DNA of 64,000 nucleotides from Synechococcus sp. (lineage in GTDB: Bacteria > Cyanobacteriota > Cyanobacteriia > PCC-6307 > Cyanobiaceae). This document shows positions 55,507 to 63,858 of this stretch, piece by piece; the stretch's first letter is position 1; each line of letters begins with the position of its first letter. The position numbers and the translations under genes are program-made. The stretch spans positions 1,088,001 through 1,152,000 of the forward strand of contig JBJBCN010000002.1 of NCBI GenBank assembly GCA_047285805.1, given 5' to 3'. Under the pieces are notes generated by a model, which was not told the origin of the DNA, made no database searches, and saw nothing but the letters and a program-made list of their open reading frames with translations.

Positions 55507-56130
55507 GTCATTATGAGAGCTCTATGCAGTTTCCAGAAAAAAGCTTTCACCAAAGTCATTGATAAAAAGATCAGATAATTGGATATGCATCTTTTGGTGC
55601 CATGATTAATTCAGATTGTGCGTATCTGGCAGCCCTAGATCCTCTAGGCGATAGTCCCGCAACCACGGCGGGAATTGAAAACAGCAGAGATTAACCACAT
55701 ATTTGATTCCGCGCAATCAATCAACAAGATCCGACCTTAAGTCTGGTTGACAATCTTCTTAATCTGGCTTCTGAACCCTGAAGCCAGTAAGAGCTGTACG
55801 AGTCTGCAAGGTGACTTGTTGGCATCGGGTCTGTTTCCCTTCAACCATTGCTTTAGTACGAAGAAGCATTTGACTTGTGGTCGCGCCCTGGGCTTCCATT
55901 GCAGCTGCGACAAGAAGCCAGTTTATTATTCGGTAGTTGATGAAGCTGTAGTTCGGTGGACTGAACCAACAACCAATGCGACCCCAGTGGACCTATCGCG
56001 CTGGAGGTTTCCGAACCATAAAGTCTCGCGAAAGGCTGAGGCAAGTGCTTTCCAGGCAATAGTTGCAATCGACACGTCAAAGGAAGAGCACCACTTGTCA
56101 TAATTGTCTCCAGCACGTGGTCCTGGGCCG

Positions 56131-56319
56131 ATGAGCGACGAGGTCGTAGCGAGTTTTCACTACAACTTGACGGCATTGAGGTTGGAGTACAAAACCACTT
56201 CTGATGCTCTTCAGAAGTGGTCAGGTGGTCCGGCAGAAGAGCAGGACTTTTTGGTCTACAAGAAACAAGAACTCTTCAGGGCCATGGTTGAGCAAAGCTA
56301 TCACTCGGATGCAGACTGA
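56131..56319 (+). CDS. Small hypothetical protein
   Basis: KWSGGPAEEQ pattern resembling small picocyanobacterial/cyanophage proteins. Confidence 0.6.
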   Translation: MSDEVVASFHYNLTALRLEYKTTSDALQKWSGGPAEEQDFLVYKKQELFRAMVEQSYHSDAD

Positions 56320-56936
56320 CACTAATTGACCACGAACGATCAGGTATTCGTCATCCATCAAGTTTTGAAGGCTTGAGCGACTCCGATACCCCAGCTGTCT
56401 TAATTCCGCTGCAATGCTTTTAATGGCCACTACTAACCCGATATCAGCGCCTAAACCAGCCAAAGGAATTTTGAGCTGACGCTAGACAAACCGAGCGCCT
56501 CTGGAGACCCACAGACGCTATTAAACGAAGGACCCTCAAGGCGCAAAACCATCTTGAAGCAACTAGAAGTGTGGGGGGGATCAATGATCTTTGCTCCACA
56601 GTTGCGAAGCCGCAAATCGCCAGGCGATGAAAGTACTTAGGGACGCGCCAAAGGCAAGAAGAGCTAACAAGAGCTGAGAGGTGGTCATAGAAGCACCCTG
56701 AATTGAATTTATTTATAAAGCCTTCATGGTGACTGGCGCCGTTGATACAAGATCAGGCGTATCAATCAATACGTCTTTTGGTGAGCCTAAATTACTTAAC
56801 TCACTTACCAATGAATGGTAGATCTGCGATTTTCATCAGAGTCCAGTTGACCTGCGGGACCACGACAAAAGAGGTGACTCAAGGTCAGAGTGTCCACCAC
56901 TCAAGACCTCGTTGTAAACTGATTCGATCCAGCCAC

Positions 56937-57173
56937 TCAAGAATCTGCTGCCTTTTGTCTCCAATGGGTTCCATGATTTCGCAAGGCTTCAGCTTCCATC
57001 TCCCTTCGAATCTGCACTACTGCTTCGCGCACGAAGGCTTTTTCGTGCTCCTGTGCGGCAATGATTTGCTTGGTTAGTGCACGTAAGGCATCAATATCTT
57101 CGCAGGCATCGATTTCTCGAAAGGCGGCCTCAAGGTGGAATTTTTGCTCCAGTGAGAGTCGGTGGTTAGCCAT
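56937..57173 (-). CDS. Small helical protein, possibly NblA-like
   Basis: MANHRLSLEQKF start resembles NblA LSLEQQF. Confidence 0.6.
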   Translation of the reverse strand: MANHRLSLEQKFHLEAAFREIDACEDIDALRALTKQIIAAQEHEKAFVREAVVQIRREMEAEALRNHGTHWRQKAADS

Positions 57174-57227
57174 GGTGGTACGAAAAGAGGCCCCACTCAT
57201 GTGAGGCCAGATAAGTCAGTTGAGTGC

Positions 57228-57395
57228 TTAGCGGACTTCCGAGATTGTTTGAGGTGCAGCCGGGAAGCTTGTTGGCATTGGGTCCGGCAGTCCTTCGGCA
57301 AGAGCCTTCGCGCGGACATACATCTGACTATTAATGGCACCCTGAGCTTCCATTGCCTCGGCGACAACAGCCCAGTTGCGGATCTCGGTAGTCAT
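57228..57395 (-). CDS. Small conserved hypothetical protein
   Basis: NWAVVAEAMEAQG...YVRAKALAEG.PDP. Confidence 0.65.
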   Translation of the reverse strand: MTTEIRNWAVVAEAMEAQGAINSQMYVRAKALAEGLPDPMPTSFPAAPQTISEVR

Positions 57396-57852
57396 TGGAA
57401 GAAATGACGATTGAACCTGCAAACTTTCGCCACCTCAGCCGCGAGACGGTGAGGATGAAAACCGATCACCTACCGAACATCGATTCCACTTCTTTCGCTG
57501 GTAGGCATTTGCGGATCAAGTCAAACAAAAAGGCGACTGCAAGGCCACCTGATGCACTAAAAACCCAGTCCCAGTCAAGAAAGTCATGCGATCGCGTCCT
57601 GCATCGCAGCGAAGCTTTCAGGGTGTCTGACGGCGATATGGATCGACTGCAGCGCTCGGATGCCAGTCGTGGACTCAATTCGTCCATGTGATCGCCAGCC
57701 CCAGTTGTGACAAGCGTTCTTGTTGAAGCTTGGGTAAGGCGCTGTTTAGTCCCGCTATCAGGGTTTTGAACCCCCTATGAATAAGAAACTCTGAGGCTCC
57801 CGCCACAACCGGCTCAACCGGCTAGCCTGGTACAGGCGTACTAAGGCATGGG

Positions 57853-58101
57853 ATGTCAATAGGGGGGTTCATCCAGGATCCAGCTAGCAAGCAGGCCAAG
57901 CGCTTCCACCGCGATGAGAAGAGTTGGTCACAAGACCCCATGGTCTTTGTGGACACAGGCGTTCCGATTCCGGGCGAGCCTCCGCTCCTGAAGACTCGAG
58001 TGCACTTACATCGCAACGTTGCGGTGACCCTCTGGAACGATCTACTCAAGGTCGGCTGGAAGCCCGTAGAGGCGCTTTGGGGAGCCGATCAGGAGGTGTA
58101 G
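57853..58101 (+). CDS. DUF1651-like protein
   Basis: RFHRD...VFVDTG...PPLLKTR...LW..L...GW. Confidence 0.72.
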   Translation: MSIGGFIQDPASKQAKRFHRDEKSWSQDPMVFVDTGVPIPGEPPLLKTRVHLHRNVAVTLWNDLLKVGWKPVEALWGADQEV

Positions 58102-58418
58102 CCGTCTGCTCAGCATTCAGGCGTAAACACCCCCCCCATGGGGGGCTCGTACGTCCATGCGCCTACATAATTCGGCTTCAGAAATTTGGGCCAGGAACCT
58201 CGATAAAGCCAAGCAAGACCAGTGCAGCGGCCTGGTAGTGCGGGTGCTTTGGGAGCAACCGCAACTACAAGCGAGAAGCTAGTCATTCACTAGATCCAGC
58301 AAGTCTTAACCGGCTGTATTAGCGACAAACTAGCGACAACGCTCCTGCACTCACTCGATTTATCCGTGCGGACGAGCTGCAATCACGGCAACATCACTGC
58401 AACCACGTACCAGCGCTG

Positions 58419-59369
58419 ATGCTGCGGACCTTGTCGATTGGGTTAATGGCATCTGCATTCGCAGTCGCCACTCTCCCTGCACAAGCTGATGGGCATGGCA
58501 GCGCCAGTGACCTAGGCGTGATGAGCATTCAGCTCAAGGACATCGTCAAACCTCAAGTCGGCATCCATGCGCAAACCCAAGCCGCTGGCACCCCCAACCA
58601 AGCCGGTCTGGGTGGCTTCCTTCCACTGGTGGTCGGCAGCAACAGCATCTTCTTTGCTGATGTCTTGGCGAATGCCAACTTGTCGGACTGGGGTAACAGC
58701 AGCAGCATCATCAACACCACCGTTGCTGGCACCACCATCTCCACCTCATCTCGCCTGGGCTAGCGCTGGCTCAATGGCGACCGCAGTTGGATGTATGGAC
58801 TGAATGCGGGCTACGACACCCGACCAATGAGCACGGGTCCTGCAGACACAGGTATCCCTGTCTATGCCTCACGCACCGCCTTCTTCCAGCAGGCTGCCGT
58901 CAATGCAGAAGCGGTGAGCGATAAGTGGAACTTCAATGCCTATGCGCTCATTCCAACGGGTGACACTGAGCAACAGCTCAACACCGTCTATGAAGGCGGT
59001 GCACTAGACACCTTCGGTTTGGATGCCGGTTACAACCTCACCAAAGCTTTAAGAGCATCTGTTGGTTACTAATACCAAAACGGCGATGCAGGCGATGCCG
59101 ATGGCTCTGGCGTCTTGGGACGCCTCGCCTATGCCATCAACAATGGACTCACTGTTGTCACTAATCTTTCCTACGACAGTGCCTTCAAGTCACGCCTCTC
59201 CGCTGACATCAAGTGGCGCTTCAATACCAATGGCGGTCCTGGTAAAGAAACACCGAAAACCAATCCCGCCATTGAAGCCCTAATATCAACGCCAAGCAAT
59301 AGGGATGTGCGGGTGCACGATTATTGTTATCTACCCCGTCGGGGTGCGTGCCGATTGGGGATGGATTAG
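58419..59369 (+). pseudogene. Inverse-autotransporter-like barrel gene, copy 4
   Basis: Different signal peptide (MLRTLSIG...), single frame with TAG 58761 and TAA 59070; tail YCYLPRRGACRLGMD. Confidence 0.88.
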
Positions 59370-59421
59370 TATTTTTGTGCGATACATATTGTGTTTAGGG
59401 GTATTATTACCCTAGGCGCCC

Positions 59422-59453
59422 AAAGCCCCTGCAGTTGCAGGAGCTTTTTATTT
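59422..59453 (+). terminator. Family terminator after copy 4
   Basis: AAAGCCCCTGCAGTTGCAGGAGCTTTTT. Confidence 0.75.
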
Positions 59454-59592
59454 CTTCAGTTACACCAATAAGCCAATAAACCAGCCTCCAAAACCTGGCA
59501 CCATCACCATCAACGCAACCTGACGACAGCCCCATCAAGGCACTGAATAGAAGTTGCCTCAGGATAAAAAGTCAGCTGTGGGTAGTCGTTAC

Positions 59593-59663
59593 ACGTTGAA
59601 GAGGAACTCCATAGGTTCTAGTCATAGCAATAGATCTGAGCGGAAAAGCAGCAGTAGACTTTT
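59593..59663 (+). repeat. 71-bp island repeat, copy 2
   Basis: Aligns without gaps to 42933-43003. Confidence 0.85.
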
Positions 59664-59764
59664 AGTAGACTTATTTGGCACCCGAGTCGGCTTGCCTACT
59701 GTCTAGCAATACATAAGCACTACGCGGTTGACGTTCTGGATGAGGTCGAAGGTGAGCAATACAG

Positions 59765-60079
59765 TTGGATGCGACGTTTCCTACCGCTGCGATTGGCGTG
59801 ATTGTAACGCCGCTGAGTGCAGCAGAACACCACGAGACGAAGCCGGCACAGGTCGTTGATGAAAGTGATACGAACCTTCCCGTGAGTCGTGGAAGGGTTG
59901 ACACCGGTTCTACAGAGCAGATTTACCTGATGCTCAAGGACGGTGGTTCCTTCTCAGCACCCATTCCAATGACGAACCGGTTCACTTGTGAACTAGAGGG
60001 TAAGAAGTTGGTTGAGACGCCCATCAAGGGCGTAGTCGGTCGCTGGAAGGAGTTCTGGTGTGTCGCTGGGATGAAGTGA
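59765..60079 (+). CDS. Small secreted two-Cys protein, paralog B (signal peptide possibly frameshifted)
   Basis: SRGRVD...EQIYLMLKDG...FWCVAGMK shared with paralog A. Confidence 0.65.
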   Translation: MDATFPTAAIGVIVTPLSAAEHHETKPAQVVDESDTNLPVSRGRVDTGSTEQIYLMLKDGGSFSAPIPMTNRFTCELEGKKLVETPIKGVVGRWKEFWCVAGMK

Positions 60080-60247
60080 AGCGACTGACCTGGGGCGAAC
60101 GTACTAAAAAAACAAAACAGCCTTCTCGGGCTACTTAATGGATTCGAGAGAAGAAATACTTCACCATCACTTTGATTAAGCAATATCGTTTAAGAACTGG
60201 AACACAGATATGGATTTCAGCATAAGGAGAAGAAGAAGACCTGGCAG

Positions 60248-61951
60248 TCACCCTTCAATGAGTGACCGGAATTCAGTATCCACAAGCTTTTGATGCACAC
60301 ATTGCGCAATTCGGCTCGTGAGAGGGTAGCCAGGATGAGAATCTACATGGACACCATTCCACATCCATCTTGGAGCTGCTTTGTCAATACCTGTAACCTC
60401 CTGTATATCAGGCAAGCATGAATGACTTGGTATTCCAGCGTGACGGAATAAGCCGTCAGCATATTCAAATACTTTGCTTTGACTCTGTAGACCATTCCAA
60501 GGAGTGAAAAACACATAAATGGGAGCTTGAGCTTCTTCAACCAAGGCTTTCACAGCTTGAACATTCAACGCATGCCGATTTGGATCCAGACTCATATCAT
60601 TATCGACAAATCCGAGGAGAATCAAATCGACGGAGTGCTTTGAGCCTTTTACCTGAAGAAAGTCAACCTGATCTCTAGTACTCCAACCGCCCTGCCCCCA
60701 ATAAAAGACTAAACAGCCAGGAACCAACTTCTGAAACTGAGCCGGCCAGCGCTCATCGCTTCCTGGGGAATTACCCCAACCCCATACAAACGAGTCACCT
60801 AGAACAGCAATTTTACACTTAGCTTGAAGATCGTAATCAGCTACTGGTCGGTCGATAAAGCCATATTCATTAACACTGCCAAGGCGTTTCCACAAGTTCA
60901 CTCGATTAATAAATTCACTCTTTATCGGCAAGTACGAAGGACTTCTTGATGCAGACTCATCAAGCAAACTGGTTGTTGAAAGCAGCAGGTCAAGAACAAC
61001 TAACGAAAAAGCTGTCATACAAGAGAAGACAAGTAGATTCACCCCCAATAGCTTGCTTGCCTTATCAAGGTTAATGGCAGTCCTGGCCTTACCTAAACCA
61101 CAGAGAAGCGGCAAGATCTCCGAAAAAAGAATCCATAACAGGAGGCAAAGAATTGCCCCTCTTAAATAAAGAGGGATATCAAAAGTCGAAAGATACACGA
61201 GAACGCCATCCGACTCTTCTACATAGAAATAAATAGGAGAAAGCCAGGGAATATACTCAGCAACAATCGTCTGAAGCTTGCCTACAAACAGAGCATCCAA
61301 ATGCCGACGAGACAAGAAGACTGAGGGGGCTTTTATCCATGGAACAAATAGGCCTCTGTGATACAAAGAAGTATCTTGCAAGAAACCACCCTTGCACCCG
61401 GCATCCAAAATACTATCAGGATGCAAAACAACAAATCCCAGAGGGGAGCGATCAGTCCATCCGGAGTAAAATGAGAGCGGTTTTTTTTTGGAATATTCAA
61501 CTGCCAAATCATCGGCCCTAGTTAAGCCATGGTCAAATAAGTCACCCAAGAAGCTTCTCTTGGGAATCAAGTAATTCCCTTTAGTTTCCAAGGGGACACC
61601 CTGAAAAGACTGGAGCTTCTGCTCGAGCCAATAAAAAGCTGGAGAGTGCCAAAGCACTTCTGAGCGTGGCTTACGAAAAGCCTGAGTTACATCAAGATTT
61701 CCAGAAGCAAGTGGTCCAGAATGAAAGTAAGTGTCTAGGTTTTTCTTTGGCTTATAACCTTCGTAGGGCGGCACAGAATAAAATCTTGTGGGCCTGACTT
61801 CAAATCGGAAGTAATCACTACTATCGATGCATTCCGAATTCCCCGATCCCATCAAGAACTTTGACGGCAGGCCTGGAGCAAATACAGCTGCTCCGAGTAG
61901 CGGCAAAAAAAGCCATTTAGCACCAAGCGGACATAAAGATCGAAGCTTCAC
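60248..61951 (-). CDS. Membrane protein with C-terminal SGNH/GDSL hydrolase-like domain
   Basis: TM helices, VLGDSFVWG, GFVDND and DSHP; AT-rich. Confidence 0.75.
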   Translation of the reverse strand: MKLRSLCPLGAKWLFLPLLGAAVFAPGLPSKFLMGSGNSECIDSSDYFRFEVRPTRFYSVPPYEGYKPKKNLDTYFHSGPLASGNLDVTQAFRKPRSEVLWHSPAFYWLEQKLQSFQGVPLETKGNYLIPKRSFLGDLFDHGLTRADDLAVEYSKKKPLSFYSGWTDRSPLGFVVLHPDSILDAGCKGGFLQDTSLYHRGLFVPWIKAPSVFLSRRHLDALFVGKLQTIVAEYIPWLSPIYFYVEESDGVLVYLSTFDIPLYLRGAILCLLLWILFSEILPLLCGLGKARTAINLDKASKLLGVNLLVFSCMTAFSLVVLDLLLSTTSLLDESASRSPSYLPIKSEFINRVNLWKRLGSVNEYGFIDRPVADYDLQAKCKIAVLGDSFVWGWGNSPGSDERWPAQFQKLVPGCLVFYWGQGGWSTRDQVDFLQVKGSKHSVDLILLGFVDNDMSLDPNRHALNVQAVKALVEEAQAPIYVFFTPWNGLQSQSKVFEYADGLFRHAGIPSHSCLPDIQEVTGIDKAAPRWMWNGVHVDSHPGYPLTSRIAQCVHQKLVDTEFRSLIEG

Positions 61952-62173
61952 GGCCTAAGCGCTCTTCTGCGTAGTGTATTATACACACAAGGAGAGTTGA
62001 AGGTGAAGTATCCTCTGGCATGCGACCATAAAAACTTCCTGTAAGTATCTATATTTACTTATACAGAAAGAAGCCTATATGAATGCATCCAGCTCGCGAA
62101 AGCCCCACCAGTCATAGCGAAAACAATGTCTTCGACTAGAACAGAAAACCCCATGGCATGACTGGATGCTTAT

Positions 62174-62244
62174 ACGTTGAAGAGAAACTCCATAGGGTCG
62201 AGTAATAGCAAAGGATCTCAGCCGAAAAGCGGCAGTAGACTTTT
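62174..62244 (+). repeat. 71-bp island repeat, copy 3
   Basis: Aligns to copies 1 and 2; followed by inverted repeat GTAGACAA-N6-TTGTCTAC at 62260-62281. Confidence 0.85.
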
Positions 62245-62510
62245 CAAGCCGTCAAGCCAGTAGACAAAGCATCTTGTCTACCCTGATTCAGCTCACACTC
62301 ACCACTGTCTAGACTTCCGCAGGGCTGCACTAATCCAGAGCACAGGGGACGCCGACAATCTTCCAGTTCATTGGAATCGGTGACGCAGCAGGAATCGTCT
62401 AGGGAGTCTCGTCTGCCTTCATCGTGCCGACGACCAGCCAACTGCTCTAAGCCCAGTGGCAATGGCGGATTTCCTGGCGAAACTCCCAACAGAAGTTGAG
62501 CGCGAGCGCT

Positions 62511-63542
62511 ATGCAGCAGTCCATTCGCCTGAGCCTCTCCCTCACTGGTGCAGCTGCTTTGGCACTGGCATCAATGCCGCAGGTGAGCGCAAAGCCTGCA
62601 GTGGTGGCGCAAGGGAGCGCGGAAGACCTTGGAGTGATGAGCATCCGCCTCAAGGATGTGGTGAAACCGCAGGTTGGTGTTCAAGGTCAAACCCAAGCGG
62701 CTGGCACCCCGAATGAGGCAGGCATTGGCGGTTTTATGCCGCTGGTGGTGGGAGAGAACAGCGTCTTCTTTGCTGATGTGCTGGCGAATGCGAACTTCGC
62801 GGACTGGGGCAACAGCAGCAGCATCATCAATACCAAGGTGGCGGGTCCCACCATCAGCACGTCATCCAGGCTTGGGTATCGCTGGCTGAATGGTGACCGC
62901 AGTTGGATGTTTGGTGTCAACGGTGGGTATGACACCCGACCGATGGCAACGGGTGATGCCGATACAGGTGTTGCGGTCTCTGGCCAGCGGACAGTCTTTT
63001 TCCAGCAGGCAGCGTTTGGCTTGGAGGCAGTGAATGATGACTGGAGCTTCAATGCCTATGGATTAATACCAACTGGAACAACGGAATACAGGTTGAATAG
63101 TGCTTACAACGGGGGAGCACTGGATACGTATGGGTTTGATGCGGGCTACAGCATCACGCCAGAGTGGAAGCTGAGTGTTGGCTATTACTACCAGAATGGC
63201 GACCTCAATACAGCTGATGGCTCAGGCGTGCTGGGGCGACTGGCTTACAGCATCAATGAGGGAGTAACGGTTGGCACCAATCTGTCTTATGACAGCGCGT
63301 TTAAGTCACGCTTCTCAGCTGACATTAAGTGGCGGTTCAATACGGCAGGAATTTCGCAAAGCGAGAAGCAGAAGAAAGCGTGGGAGAAGCCAACGATTAA
63401 GGCATTAACTGAGAGCGTGAAGAATAGGGATGTACGGGTGCACGATACGACCTGGTGTAATACCCCAGGCGGGGAACCGGGAATATTAGTAACTACCCCT
63501 GGAGACGGGAAGTCTGTGTGTGTCACGCCCGCCCCAATGTAG
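62511..63542 (+). CDS. Inverse-autotransporter-like beta-barrel protein, copy 5 (intact)
   Basis: Signal peptide, barrel strands, NRDVRVHD then tail TTWCNTPGGEPGILVTTPGDGKSVCVTPAPM. Confidence 0.87.
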   Translation: MQQSIRLSLSLTGAAALALASMPQVSAKPAVVAQGSAEDLGVMSIRLKDVVKPQVGVQGQTQAAGTPNEAGIGGFMPLVVGENSVFFADVLANANFADWGNSSSIINTKVAGPTISTSSRLGYRWLNGDRSWMFGVNGGYDTRPMATGDADTGVAVSGQRTVFFQQAAFGLEAVNDDWSFNAYGLIPTGTTEYRLNSAYNGGALDTYGFDAGYSITPEWKLSVGYYYQNGDLNTADGSGVLGRLAYSINEGVTVGTNLSYDSAFKSRFSADIKWRFNTAGISQSEKQKKAWEKPTIKALTESVKNRDVRVHDTTWCNTPGGEPGILVTTPGDGKSVCVTPAPM

Positions 63543-63566
63543 GGTGAGCCTAACCACCCAACGCCC

Positions 63567-63598
63567 AAAGCCCCTGTAACCGCAGGGGCTTTTTATTT
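63567..63598 (+). terminator. Family terminator after copy 5
   Basis: AAAGCCCCTG-TAACCG-CAGGGGCTTT followed by a T-rich run. Confidence 0.85.
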
Positions 63599-63858
63599 CT
63601 TCAGTCACACCAACAAGCCAACAAATCAGCCTCCAATGCCTGGCACCATTGCCCTCGACTTAGCCCAATGGCAGGTCGCTCACGGCATTCTTTGCCTCAT
63701 CGCAAGACCGCAAGACACACCAAAGCCTCCCTCAATATCTTTCTCTCTACTTCTATCCTTATTTCCTCAACGCATTCACCAATCACTTCGCTCTCTATAG
63801 CCATCACGGATGCCATTGGCGCGTCTAAATCTCACCGCCACTTGATACCAAGCCGCCT

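Noticed and set aside
51734..59072. Stop-codon recoding (TAG/TAA read as Tyr) in copies 3 and 4
   Set aside because: TAG and TAA terminate ordinary core genes here, copy 3 also has a frameshift, and shared ancestry or conversion explains the identical stops.
46824..63542. Diversity-generating retroelement as the source of tail variation
   Set aside because: No reverse transcriptase in the window and no template/variable repeat pair; tails differ in length and are unalignable rather than differing only at adenines. A trans-acting factor elsewhere is not excluded.
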